From Promethearchaeota archaeon (GTDB lineage Archaea > Asgardarchaeota > Lokiarchaeia > Sigyniarchaeales > Sigyniarchaeaceae): a stretch of 56,792 nt of DNA. How positions within the stretch are numbered: the stretch's first letter is position 1; the number at the start of each line of letters is the position of its first letter. Below are positions 44,973 through 54,281 of this stretch, in pieces. The notes beneath the pieces were generated by a model. It saw nothing but the letters and a program-made list of their open reading frames with translations. It had not been told where the DNA came from and searched no databases. Both the position numbers and the translations under genes were made by a program. Where the stretch lies: the NCBI GenBank assembly GCA_016932935.1, contig JAFGBX010000082.1:1-56792 (forward strand), written 5' to 3'.

Positions 44973-45704
44973 ATGAACGAGACCCCCTCTAGAAGTATTA
45001 CACTTTGGATCGCCCTCGCGGGCATCTTCACGGCGCTGACCACGGTCGCCACGGTGGTATTGTCTCCCCCGCTCCCGGCCGGTTTCTTCAACTTCGGCGA
45101 GGCAGTGATATACCTCGCCGCGATGCTGCTGGGCCCCGTCAACTTGCGCGGGACACGTGTCCCCTTGGGTGCGTTGGTCACCGGCTTTGCCGGAAGCATC
45201 GGTGCCATGCTCGGGGACGCCATCCTCGGGTACCCGCAGTACATCCCCGCGACCCTTGTCTTGAAGTTCTTCGAGGGCCTCGTCGCCGGACTTCTGTTTA
45301 AGGGTCTCAAGGCTCGCATGAACGAGGAAACCCTGGCAAGTGGGAGAACCACGGTACGCGTTCTCATGAGCGGCTTCTTGATCGCCGCGGCCGTCATCAT
45401 CATCGGCGTGAATTACGACCCGGGTGCCACGGCCCTCTGGATCACCATCGGATCCTTCTTCATCGTCATCGTCTGTATTTCCATCGTCCGGGGGAAGATC
45501 CCGGTCTATTACATGGTGATGGCGATGCTCGCCGGTGGCATCATCATGGTCGTTGGGTATTTCGTGTACGAGCTCTACGTTCTGAAGGTCGCGACCGCCT
45601 TCATGACCCTGCCGTGGAACACGGTACAGGCGCTGGTGGGCATCATCGTCGCCGTTCCCGTGTACCAGGCCGCGCAAAGGGCGAGAGTCTTGAATGCGCT
45701 GTAG
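44973..45704 (+). CDS. Polytopic membrane protein (possibly an ECF-transporter S-component-like substrate binder)
   Basis: 243 aa with about 6 hydrophobic segments (LWIALAGIFTALTTVATVVL, AVIYLAAMLLGP, LVTGFAGSIGAMLGDAILG, LVLKFFEGLVAGLLF, ...). The family assignment is tentative. The 700-aa antisense ORF 44913..47015 is a shadow. Confidence 0.55.
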   Translation: MNETPSRSITLWIALAGIFTALTTVATVVLSPPLPAGFFNFGEAVIYLAAMLLGPVNLRGTRVPLGALVTGFAGSIGAMLGDAILGYPQYIPATLVLKFFEGLVAGLLFKGLKARMNEETLASGRTTVRVLMSGFLIAAAVIIIGVNYDPGATALWITIGSFFIVIVCISIVRGKIPVYYMVMAMLAGGIIMVVGYFVYELYVLKVATAFMTLPWNTVQALVGIIVAVPVYQAAQRARVLNAL

Positions 45705-45746
45705 AGGATCCAGGACGGGAACCTGAACGACCCCCGCAGCGAGCCG

Positions 45747-47147
45747 GTGCTGAAACCCATGGACACGCTCGAGATGCGTTGCTGGGACGGGCACGTCCTC
45801 CCGGGCGAGAGGATCAACTCGCCGGATCCGCTGTTCAAGTGCCCGGCCTGCGACAAGAACCTCTTCATCCAGGAAACGTCGGGATCCCTGGCACGGGATG
45901 GCGGCGTGAGAGCCAAGCTCGATTTCTGGAACTACTTGAAGCGGGTGCTGCCAGCGGCCTTCTTCGAGGAGCGCGTCAGTATGGGCGAGGGCGGCACGAA
46001 GCTGGTCGATTCCACCGTGAACCAGGGCGATGCCGGGGAGCGGGCCTGCTTCAAGGACGAGTCCCAGAACCCCACACGCTCCTATAGGGATCGCGCCGCT
46101 GCCTTGCTCGTCACCCACGCGAGGATCCTTCACTGCAAGGAGGTGTTCTGCGCCAGCACGGGGAACATGGGGGCGTCCGTTTCCGCTTACGCCGCCCGGG
46201 CCGGCCTCGTCGCAAGGATTTTCAGCGACAGGAGCATCGACATTGGCAAGAAGGCCCAGATCAAGACCTACGGTGGCGTGCTGTTCGACTCCTACCCGTC
46301 GATGAACGACGGCATGGACGACTGCCTCAAGCACCAGATGGCGGAGGGCGGGTACCAGGCCACGGCCGAGTTTAACCCCCTCTCGATGCTGGCCCAGAAG
46401 TCGATCGCGTACGAGATCGTGTCCGATGGGTTCGTACCTGACGAGGTATACATCTCTATAGGTAATGGCGGCACGTTGTTCTCGCTGTGGCAGGGATTCG
46501 ATGACCTCCGCGCGAGCGGGGCAATCCCATCGACGCCGAGGATGATCGGGGCGAGCCTTTCGACCGAGGGCCCGCGGATATCGCCGCTGAAGGAATCGAA
46601 GTACTCGCAGCGGGACTTGATGGAGAACGCGATCAAGGAATCCGGCGGGGATCAGATAACGATAACGGAGGGCGAGATCACCGGCGCGATCTCCACGCTC
46701 GCCCGAGCGGAAGGGCTCTTCGTGGAGCCGGCCACGGCCGCCGCGTATGCCGCTCTGAAGAAGCGCGCGAACCGCGAGTCCGGCCTGAAGCGCGTCGTGA
46801 TCCTCACCGGCACCGGCCTGAAGGCGCCCAGCGTCATCGACGCGCTGATCAGCAAGGCGCCCAACTCGGACCTGTTCGTCCAGACGAAGATGAATTTGCG
46901 GCTGAAGATCCTCGAGCAGTTGCAGCACGCCGGGCCGGCGGGCTTGCACGGGTACAGGATCCACGCGTCCATTCTCGAGGACATCCAGTGCACGAAACAA
47001 GCGGTTTACCACCACCTGAAACAGATGGAGGAGAAGAACTTCGTCGTCGTCATCGCGAGGGACGAGCAGGGCCGCACGATCTACCAGCTCACCGAGAAAG
47101 GGAAAGAGGTGCTCGACCTGCTGAGCAGGCTCGTCGACCTCTTCTAG
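45747..47147 (+). CDS. Threonine-synthase-like fold-type II PLP-family protein with an N-terminal zinc ribbon, a Lys-to-Arg change at the Schiff-base position and a C-terminal wHTH
   Basis: 466 aa. ThrC-like blocks: FKDESQNPTRSYRDRAA (canonical NPTGSFKDRG; the Lys codon position is AGG at 46086..46088), CASTGNMGASVSAYAARAGL, GNGGTLFSLWQGF, FVEPATAAAYAAL. The C-terminus HGYRIHASILEDIQCTKQAVYHHLKQMEEKNFVVVIARDEQGRTIYQLTEKGKEVLDLL looks like an ArsR/MarR-type winged helix. Confidence 0.7.
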   Translation: MLKPMDTLEMRCWDGHVLPGERINSPDPLFKCPACDKNLFIQETSGSLARDGGVRAKLDFWNYLKRVLPAAFFEERVSMGEGGTKLVDSTVNQGDAGERACFKDESQNPTRSYRDRAAALLVTHARILHCKEVFCASTGNMGASVSAYAARAGLVARIFSDRSIDIGKKAQIKTYGGVLFDSYPSMNDGMDDCLKHQMAEGGYQATAEFNPLSMLAQKSIAYEIVSDGFVPDEVYISIGNGGTLFSLWQGFDDLRASGAIPSTPRMIGASLSTEGPRISPLKESKYSQRDLMENAIKESGGDQITITEGEITGAISTLARAEGLFVEPATAAAYAALKKRANRESGLKRVVILTGTGLKAPSVIDALISKAPNSDLFVQTKMNLRLKILEQLQHAGPAGLHGYRIHASILEDIQCTKQAVYHHLKQMEEKNFVVVIARDEQGRTIYQLTEKGKEVLDLLSRLVDLF

Positions 47148-47160
47148 CAGCGGCTCGCCC

Positions 47161-48231
47161 TCAGAACTTCCAGAAGGGCTTCAAGTGCTCCTGCAGCTTC
47201 TTGGCCAGGTTCCCGTGGTACTCCAGGATGCTCTCCCCGGACTCGTGCTCGGCCTCCACGAAGGGCATCTTCTTTCCAGCGAGAACGTTCAAGATGTTCA
47301 CGATGCTCTGCGCGAGGATCTTCACCCGGTAGCCGCCCTCCAGCAGGAGCACCATCTTGCCGCCGCAGCACTTGTCCGCGATGCGCTTGAAGCCCTCGAC
47401 GTAGTGCCCGTACCCTTGCGTCGTGAAGGAGAGGCCCGACAAGGGGTCGGAGTAGTGCGCGTCGCCGCCGAAGCTGCAGAGGATGATGTCGGGCTCGTAC
47501 TGCTCGAAGACTGGCTTGATCACCTGTGAGAAGATCAGCTGGACGACGTCGTCGCCCGCGCCGGGCGCGAGTGGGGCGTTCATGTTGTAGCCCTTCCCCG
47601 GCCCCTCGCCGATCTCCGACGGGAACCCGGTGCCGGGGTACTGCGTCCGTGGATCCTGGTGGCTGCTGAAGAAGAGCACGTCGTTCCGGCCGTAGAACAG
47701 CTCCGACGTGCCGTTCCCGTGGTGCAAGTCGATGTCGAAGATGGCGACCTTCTTCAACCCCTTTTTCTTGAGGAGGTACTCGACCAGGATGGCCATGTTG
47801 TTGAAGATGCAGAAACCAGATGAACGGCTCGCGTTCGCATGGTGCCCCGGTGGCCTGACCAGCGCGAACGCGCTCGAGACCTCGCCGCTCAAGACGGCAT
47901 CGGCCGCGGCCATCGCCCCGCCCGCCGCGAGCAGCGCGACATCGAACGACTTGCCGCAGACCACGGTATCGCCGCCGTCGAGGTACTCGAGCGAGCGTCC
48001 CGTCGCCTGGAGGGACTTCGCGCGGGCGTACTCGATCATGTCCGCGTGGTGGATCATCTTGATCTCCTCGATGGTGGCGGGCCTCGGCGCGATCAACTTG
48101 AAGTCGGGGGATTCGAGCATATTCTCGCTCTTGATGAGATCCATGGTCGCGACGAGGCGCTCCGGCGATTCCACGTGGGAGCCGGTTTGATGCTGCAGAT
48201 ACATCGGATCGTATACTATGCCGACAGCCAT
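47161..48231 (-). CDS. Class I/II histone deacetylase family protein (AcuC/HDAC-like deacetylase)
   Basis: Trimmed to ATG 48231 (MAVGIVYDPMYLQHQTGSHVESPERL). Motifs: RPPGHHA, FDIDLHHGNGT, GGDAHYSDPL, LEGGY. Confidence 0.85.
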   Translation of the reverse strand: MAVGIVYDPMYLQHQTGSHVESPERLVATMDLIKSENMLESPDFKLIAPRPATIEEIKMIHHADMIEYARAKSLQATGRSLEYLDGGDTVVCGKSFDVALLAAGGAMAAADAVLSGEVSSAFALVRPPGHHANASRSSGFCIFNNMAILVEYLLKKKGLKKVAIFDIDLHHGNGTSELFYGRNDVLFFSSHQDPRTQYPGTGFPSEIGEGPGKGYNMNAPLAPGAGDDVVQLIFSQVIKPVFEQYEPDIILCSFGGDAHYSDPLSGLSFTTQGYGHYVEGFKRIADKCCGGKMVLLLEGGYRVKILAQSIVNILNVLAGKKMPFVEAEHESGESILEYHGNLAKKLQEHLKPFWKF

Positions 48232-48365
48232 GTGCTCTCTTTCGTGGAGGGAGTTAATATAATTGACCTCGAAAAACCTCGCACTGGGGCAATCTGCCCC
48301 GCCGGGAGCGCCAGCATCTCGTTGTCGCGGAGACAAATCGGGAATGTTGAAAAACCAGAAGCTGC

Positions 48366-48373
48366 TATTTAAA
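48366..48373 (+). promoter_or_regulatory. TATA box for nop56/58-fibrillarin
   Basis: TATTTAAA lies 18-27 nt upstream of the candidate starts TTG 48391 and GTG 48400. Confidence 0.5.
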
Positions 48374-48390
48374 CCATCACGATCGGATGG

Positions 48391-49887
48391 TTGGCCAACG
48401 TGAGTCACTCACTCATTTGCACCGCGTGCTGCATCGCCGTGACGGACGGGCAAGGGAACGTCGTCGTCCGCCACGAGTTACCGAGAGATGCCGAAAAGGT
48501 CGCGCGCGTGATGCTCGCCTTGAAAACTGCGACACCCAGCACTGACCTCGAGGAGATCGTCGCCAAGATCACGGACTACATGAAAGGTGCACCTGGCAGG
48601 GACATCCTCGAGGCCGAGGACGAGTACCTCTACCAGCTGCTCGACGGGAAAGTTCCGGGGCGCCTCTTCGCGGTGAAGTCGACCGGGGCAGGCGCTGCCT
48701 ACCGGCAGGACGTCGTTTCGTTCCTCGCGAAGCTTGGGAGCACCTGGAACGCCGGGGAATTCTACGCGTTCAACCGCGCGGTCAACGTGGAACTCACGAA
48801 GCTACAGATCAAGTCTGTCTCGGAGCAAAACGACCGTCTCATCATGCAGGCCGTGAACTCGATCGACGACATCAACAAGAGCACGAACATCTTCTCCGAG
48901 CGCATCCGCGAGTGGTACGGCTATCACTTCCCCGAGTTGACCGACCAGCTCGTCGCCGACCACGAGTTTTTCCTCGAGATCATCACCAGCATCGGCACCC
49001 GGGGCGAGTTCGCGCCCGACCGGATCAAGGCCCTCCGGCCCGTCCAGGACAGGACCGTCGAGGTCATGGTCAAGCGGGCCAGTGAATCCATGGGTGGCGA
49101 CTTCTCTCCCTTCGACATCAAGACCGTGCAAGCGTTCGCCAGCAGCGTGCTCGACCTGTACAAGGCACGGGTAAAGATCGAGAATTATGTCGAGTCCTTG
49201 ATGGAGCAGACGTGCCCGAACTTGTCGGTCATCGTCGGTTCTCTGCTCGGTGCACGGCTCATATGCCTTGCAGGTGGCCTCGAAGCCCTTGCCAAGAAAC
49301 CCAGCTCCACGATCCAGGTTCTCGGCGCGGAAAAGGCGCTGTTCCGGGCGATCAAGACCAAGGGTGAGCCGCCCAAGCATGGCATTCTTTTCCAAGCGAA
49401 AGAGGTTCGATCCGCCCCGTACTGGCAGCGCGGGAAGGTCGCGCGCCTGCTCGCGGGCAAGATCTCGATCGCGGCCAGGGTCGACCAGGTCAGCAAGCGG
49501 TACATCGCCGACGAGCTGCTCGCGGACATCCGCAGCAAGCTCGCGGAGATACAGCGGAAGTACCCGGACAAGCCGCCACAAGTGAAGGAACGATCATCTC
49601 CTTCCCGGCCAGAGGAATGGAAGAGAAAAACTAGGCCTGGCGGGTTGCAGCGCGACCGGGGGCCTGGAGGCTTCAAGTCTCGGCAAGGGGGTACCGGCTC
49701 GCGGCCTCCCAAACGAGGCGGAACCCGAGCCGATCACACGTGGCCTTCCGGGTCGAAGGGCGGTGAAAGGCCCCGGCCGTACAAGTCGGCGGGTTCCGGG
49801 AACAAGTCGTTCAAGCAAGGAGGCGGCGGGGCGAATGCCGCCAGGAAGTATCCCTCCAAGGGGAAGCCGAGAACGGGCAGGGAGTGA
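48391..49887 (+). CDS. nop5: Nop56/58 (Nop5) C/D box sRNP core protein with a long Gly/Arg/Lys-rich C-terminal tail
   Basis: NOSIC/Nop blocks: AVNSIDDINKSTNIFSERIREWYGYHFPEL, LLGARLICLAGGLEALAKKPSSTIQVLGAEKALFRA, PKHGILFQ, GKVARLLAGKISIAARVD. The start is TTG in the track; GTG 48400 is an alternative. Confidence 0.9.
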   Translation: MANVSHSLICTACCIAVTDGQGNVVVRHELPRDAEKVARVMLALKTATPSTDLEEIVAKITDYMKGAPGRDILEAEDEYLYQLLDGKVPGRLFAVKSTGAGAAYRQDVVSFLAKLGSTWNAGEFYAFNRAVNVELTKLQIKSVSEQNDRLIMQAVNSIDDINKSTNIFSERIREWYGYHFPELTDQLVADHEFFLEIITSIGTRGEFAPDRIKALRPVQDRTVEVMVKRASESMGGDFSPFDIKTVQAFASSVLDLYKARVKIENYVESLMEQTCPNLSVIVGSLLGARLICLAGGLEALAKKPSSTIQVLGAEKALFRAIKTKGEPPKHGILFQAKEVRSAPYWQRGKVARLLAGKISIAARVDQVSKRYIADELLADIRSKLAEIQRKYPDKPPQVKERSSPSRPEEWKRKTRPGGLQRDRGPGGFKSRQGGTGSRPPKRGGTRADHTWPSGSKGGERPRPYKSAGSGNKSFKQGGGGANAARKYPSKGKPRTGRE

Positions 49888-49917
49888 TGTCAGACGTCGA
49901 GAAACGACTCGTATTCC

Positions 49918-50601
49918 GTGAAAGCGCATAACAAGTTCGAAGGCATCTTCGCGATCACCGTGGATGGCAACGAGATCCTCGGGACGAGGAACATGACCCC
50001 CGGCACGAGCGTGTACGGCGAGCGCCTCTTCAAGGGAAGCGGCCAGGATGAGTACCGGGAGTGGAACCCGAACCGGAGCAAGCTGTGCGCGTACCTCCGC
50101 AAGAACGGCAAGGAGTACTACTTAAAGGAGGGCGCTGTCGTCCTGTACCTCGGCGCGGCCAGCGGCACCACGGTCTCCCACCTGTCCGACATCGTCGGAA
50201 CCCGGGGCCGGATCTACGCGGTCGAGTTCTCCGCCCGCAGCTTGCGGGAGCTCGTCCAGCGGCTGTCGAGCCGGGAGAACGTGATCCCGGTCTTCGCCGA
50301 CGCGACGAAGCCGGCCCAGTACCGCTCCTTGATCCCGGAGCAGGTCGACATCATCTACCAGGACGTGGCGCAACCCGAGCAGGCCAAGTTGCTTATCGAC
50401 AACGCACAGACGTTCCTCAAGCCAGGGGGAGGCTTCTACATCGCGATCAAGTCCCGCTCGATCGACGTCACGGTCGAGCCGGAGATCATCTTCCAGAAGG
50501 AGAGGGCGATCCTGGCGAAGGCCGGTTACGACGTCACGGACATGCGCGACATCGCCCCGTTCAGCGACGATCATGTCGTGATCGCTGGCAAGACGGGTTA
50601 G
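49918..50601 (+). CDS. flpA: Fibrillarin (rRNA/tRNA 2'-O-methyltransferase)
   Basis: 227 aa: YREWNPNRSKL, VLYLGAASGTTVSHLSDIVG..G.IYAVEFS.R..REL, NVIPVFADA..P..Y, VDIIYQDVAQP.QA. Confidence 0.92.
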   Translation: MKAHNKFEGIFAITVDGNEILGTRNMTPGTSVYGERLFKGSGQDEYREWNPNRSKLCAYLRKNGKEYYLKEGAVVLYLGAASGTTVSHLSDIVGTRGRIYAVEFSARSLRELVQRLSSRENVIPVFADATKPAQYRSLIPEQVDIIYQDVAQPEQAKLLIDNAQTFLKPGGGFYIAIKSRSIDVTVEPEIIFQKERAILAKAGYDVTDMRDIAPFSDDHVVIAGKTG

Positions 50602-50605
50602 CGGC

Positions 50606-51295
50606 TCAGAACAGGCGGGTCTGCCCCGCCGGCGGCGCCCCCATCTCCTTCCTCAGCGCGTCCAGCGTCTTCCATTCCGCCCGCGCAAAGGGCGGGAAGC
50701 CACCGTGGTCGTGGTAGTACGCCTTGAGGAACGCGCGGGTCTTGGGATCCGACGGGTACCCCGACCCGAAGTCGCCGTGCTGGGCGGCCAGGTCGCGGAC
50801 GAGCCTGTCGCGAGTCACTTTTGCGAGGATCGAGGCCGCCCCGACGGCCGTGTAGGTGGCATCGGCATTGTGGCTGGCGTTGACTGCCACGCGAGCGCAT
50901 AGTAATCTCCGGATCCGCTCGCCGAACCGGTTGGGCTTCACGTCGGCCGAGTCGACCCACATCGTGTGGGGGATGGTGCCACGCCGGATCATCGCGTTGA
51001 TGGCCCTCGCGAACGCGGCCACCTCGATGTCGTTCAGGTTCGTGCCGGCGGCCATCCCCTCGTTGATCTCCACGGCCGATAGAACGACTAGCTCGAAACC
51101 GCAGGCCACGCGGGCGATCACGTCGCAGAGCTCCTCCCGGCGCTTCGGGCTGAGCCGCTTCGAGTCGGTCACGCCTTGCTCCTGCAGGCCGGGCACGTCG
51201 CCCTCGCGAAAGCACGCGGCGCAGACGACCATCGGGCCGAGCACCGGCCCGCGCCCCGCCTCGTCGGCACCCCCCACTATCGCGTCCACGGGCAC
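50606..51295 (-). CDS. rnhB: Ribonuclease HII
   Basis: 229 aa: VGGADEAGRGPVLGPMVVCA, DSKRLSPKRREEL, VDSADV, ASILAKVTRD, GSGYPSD. Confidence 0.9.
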   Translation of the reverse strand: MPVDAIVGGADEAGRGPVLGPMVVCAACFREGDVPGLQEQGVTDSKRLSPKRREELCDVIARVACGFELVVLSAVEINEGMAAGTNLNDIEVAAFARAINAMIRRGTIPHTMWVDSADVKPNRFGERIRRLLCARVAVNASHNADATYTAVGAASILAKVTRDRLVRDLAAQHGDFGSGYPSDPKTRAFLKAYYHDHGGFPPFARAEWKTLDALRKEMGAPPAGQTRLF

Positions 51296-52414
51296 TCAAC
51301 TTGAGTGATTTCGATCGAGGATGATTTTTTTCAATTTATCCGCGTTCGACGGTATCTCGTTCTCGTGGATGATGGGGATGCCATGAACGTGGCTCATATC
51401 CTGGAACAGCTTGTCATCGAGCATCACGACCATATTACACTTGGTTTCCAGCACCTTGTTGAACTCCTTCAGGAAGATCACCTGCTTCTCCAGCTTATTC
51501 TCTGCGTTCTGTATCAACTTGGAAAGGTCGCTAGTTCCTGCCTCCTTGATCGACGATATCTCAGAGATGAACACGTTCCTCGGCCTGGCGATCGATTGGT
51601 TCCTGTCACTTGGTTGCCCGCTCGCCTCGTCGGACGTCGCGTCCTCGAACGTCATGTCGATCGGCGCCTTGTTGAACCAGTAGGTGATGAACCCGAGCTC
51701 GGTCAGGCGCCGGTCGATCTCCCGCTGGAAGCCCGCCAGGTTCCTGATCGTCTCGTAGTTGGTCTTGTAGAGCTTGACGAAGATGTCGATCGTCTCGGAG
51801 AACTGGCGCAAGAACTCTTGCTGGCTGAACCTGAAGATCCGGGACATCTCCTCGAAGTGGGCGAGGCGGGTCTTCATGTTGCTCGACTCGTACTCGTACA
51901 CGGCCTTCGGGGTGAGCGCGAGCTTTTTCGCGATGTCCGCGAGCGACAAGTTCCGGGACTGGCGCAGTTCCTTGAACTCCCTGGTCTTGATCTGCACGAA
52001 GTACCCGCCCCGCTGGCTGTACACGCGCGGGAAGTCCTTCCTCTCAAGGACGCCCGTGAAGGTCGTGAAGTTGAGCGCGTTGATGTTGTACCGGCTGTAC
52101 AAGATGTTGTCATCGAGCGCCCCGTTCCGGTTCCTCTCCCCTATGATTATCGGCACGGAGTTGAAGATGTGGGCGATGTTGAGCAGTTCCTCCGATTTCT
52201 CTTTACTGAAGTTGTCGATGTTGTCGATGTATTTGATGATGAGGGTTATGTCCTGGTGCCTCGCGATCAAGTCGAAGCACTTCGCGCTCACGTCGATCTC
52301 GAGGACCTGCTCCACGTCCTTGTTGCCCACTATGCGGATCGTAGCGTCGTTGCTGGAAAAATCGACGATTACCCAGCCAGTTCGCTGCATTGACGAGATG
52401 ATCTGTTGGATCAT
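51296..52414 (-). CDS. Archaeal XRE-type HTH transcriptional regulator (COG1395-like)
   Basis: Trimmed to ATG 52414 (MIQQIISSMQRTGW). A central HTH reads ELRQSRNLSLADIAKKLALTPKAVYEYESSN. The stop abuts the rnhB start, so the two are probably one operon. GC is lower than in the neighbours. Confidence 0.65.
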   Translation of the reverse strand: MIQQIISSMQRTGWVIVDFSSNDATIRIVGNKDVEQVLEIDVSAKCFDLIARHQDITLIIKYIDNIDNFSKEKSEELLNIAHIFNSVPIIIGERNRNGALDDNILYSRYNINALNFTTFTGVLERKDFPRVYSQRGGYFVQIKTREFKELRQSRNLSLADIAKKLALTPKAVYEYESSNMKTRLAHFEEMSRIFRFSQQEFLRQFSETIDIFVKLYKTNYETIRNLAGFQREIDRRLTELGFITYWFNKAPIDMTFEDATSDEASGQPSDRNQSIARPRNVFISEISSIKEAGTSDLSKLIQNAENKLEKQVIFLKEFNKVLETKCNMVVMLDDKLFQDMSHVHGIPIIHENEIPSNADKLKKIILDRNHSS

Positions 52415-52516
52415 GACCCTTCGTGTCTGTCTAGTGCTGGGATGAGATACCCAATTCGCCAACAAATATTTTTGCGTTAAACAAAACATTCAAGGAATCG
52501 TTTTGCCTCGAATATA

Positions 52517-53422
52517 GTGATGCCCTCGATCGATGTGGATTTCTGCAAGCTGCACTTCCCCAACCCGGTCATCCTGGCCTCCGGGATCCTCGGGGTGACC
52601 GGGGCGGTCCTGTCGCGGCTGGTGAAGGAGTCGGGAGTCGGTGGGCTCACCACGAAGTCAATCGGGCCTGAACCCCGAGCCGGCTACGCGAACCCCTCGA
52701 TCATTGAGATCGAGCCAGGCACGTGCTTGAACGCCGTGGGGCTTGCGAACCCGGGTGTCGACGAGTTCGTCAAGGAGATCCCCGAGATCCACCATGACGG
52801 CGTGCCCTTGATCGCGAGCATCTTCGGCGACGCGGAGGATCAATACCCGGCGATGGCCCGCAAGGTGGAGCGGGCTGGCGTGGACGCGGTCGAGCTCAAC
52901 ATCTCCTGCCCCCATGCCAAGGTCTCCAGCATCGGGGCTGACCCGGATCTCACCGCGAGCGTGGTGGCCAAGGTCAAGGCATCTGTCAAGATCCCGGTCC
53001 TCGTGAAACTCAACCCGAACGTCACCAGTATGGTGGAAATCGGCCGAGCGGCAGAGAAAGCCGGCGCGGACGCCCTGGTGGCGATCAACACGATCCGCGG
53101 GATGGCGATCGACATCGACGTCATGAAGCCCGTCCTCGCCAACAAGTCGGGCGGGGTCTCCGGGAAGGCCATCAAACCCATAGCCGTCAAGGCAGTCTAC
53201 GACCTATATGACAGCGTTCACATCCCCATCATCGGCTGTGGTGGCGTCTCCACGGGTCACGACGCGATCGAGTTCGTGCTGGCCGGCGCGAGGGCGGTTC
53301 AGGTCGGAACCGCTTTTCTCAACGGTTTCGGTATCGTCGAAGAGATGAAGCAAGACATCCTGGAATACATGAAACGGCACGCGGTAGACAAGCTGGCCGA
53401 CATCGTCGGGAAAGCGCATTGA
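52517..53422 (+). CDS. pyrD: Dihydroorotate dehydrogenase, catalytic subunit (class 1B)
   Basis: 301 aa: FPNPVILASG, TTKSI...R.G...P, GLANPG, ELNISCPH, VKL.PNV, LVAINT, GGVSG.AIKPIA. Confidence 0.9.
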   Translation: MMPSIDVDFCKLHFPNPVILASGILGVTGAVLSRLVKESGVGGLTTKSIGPEPRAGYANPSIIEIEPGTCLNAVGLANPGVDEFVKEIPEIHHDGVPLIASIFGDAEDQYPAMARKVERAGVDAVELNISCPHAKVSSIGADPDLTASVVAKVKASVKIPVLVKLNPNVTSMVEIGRAAEKAGADALVAINTIRGMAIDIDVMKPVLANKSGGVSGKAIKPIAVKAVYDLYDSVHIPIIGCGGVSTGHDAIEFVLAGARAVQVGTAFLNGFGIVEEMKQDILEYMKRHAVDKLADIVGKAH

Positions 53423-53426
53423 ACTG

Positions 53427-54281
53427 GTGAGCTGGATGGCCGCCAAGAGTCCCTCGATCAACAAGCCCTTGCCGGTGAGGATCACCGGGAGGATCCAGGA
53501 AACCCCGAGGATCGCCACGTTGGAATTCGCCGTCCCCGGCGTGCGGCCTGTCCCCGGCCAGTTCTTCATGGTGTGGATCCCCGGGGTCGACGAGATCCCA
53601 ATGAGCGTTGCCTCGATCGACAACGACAGGGGCATCTACGCGGTTTCTGTCGCAGCGGTCGGCGAGGCGACGGCAGCGCTCTTCGCGAAGGATGTTGGCG
53701 ACAAGATAGGCATTCGCGGCCCGTTCGGCAACGGGTTCGACGTCTCGGTCGGGGACGGCGGCGCTTGCATCATCGGCGGCGGGGTCGGCATGGCTGCCTT
53801 GAAGCCGCTCGTCTCTGTACTCCTGGAACAGCGCAAAAACCTTATTGTCATCAACGCCGCGCGGACGAAAAGCGAGTTGCTCTACCACGAATCCTTCGAG
53901 AAGAGTATCGCTCCTGGAATGACGTATTTCATCTCCACGGACGACGGAACTTGTGGGGAGAAGTGTTTGGGTCACGAGCTGCTCGTGAGCCTCCTCGGGC
54001 AAGGGAAGATAAGGGCCGACAAGGTGTACACCTGCGGGCCCGAGTTGATGATGCGCCAGGTGTTCTTGGCTTGCAAGGAACGGGCGATGCGGGTCGAAGC
54101 ATCCTTGGAACGCATGATGCGGTGCGGCAGCGGGTTGTGCGGGCTCTGCGCTCTGGACCCAGGGGGATTGCTCGTATGCAAGGACGGGCCCGTGTTCTCG
54201 GGCGACCAGCTGGGAGGGGTAACGGAGTTCGGGAACTACAAGAGGGATCTCTCCGGCAAGAGGATCCCCCTCAAGAAATGA
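53427..54281 (+). CDS. pyrK: Dihydroorotate dehydrogenase electron-transfer subunit
   Basis: 284 aa. FAD/NAD-binding pattern (GQFFMVWIPGVDEIPMSV, GPFGNGF, GGGVGMAAL) and the C-terminal 2Fe-2S motif MRCGSGLCGLCAL....LVCKDGPVF. Confidence 0.85.
   Translation: MSWMAAKSPSINKPLPVRITGRIQETPRIATLEFAVPGVRPVPGQFFMVWIPGVDEIPMSVASIDNDRGIYAVSVAAVGEATAALFAKDVGDKIGIRGPFGNGFDVSVGDGGACIIGGGVGMAALKPLVSVLLEQRKNLIVINAARTKSELLYHESFEKSIAPGMTYFISTDDGTCGEKCLGHELLVSLLGQGKIRADKVYTCGPELMMRQVFLACKERAMRVEASLERMMRCGSGLCGLCALDPGGLLVCKDGPVFSGDQLGGVTEFGNYKRDLSGKRIPLKK

Noticed and set aside
44913-47015. 700-aa minus-strand ORF, one of the longest in the track.
   Set aside because: It is R/G/P/H-rich with no motifs. It lies antisense to two genes with clear family signatures (a membrane protein and the ThrC-like gene). 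This is a typical GC-rich shadow frame.
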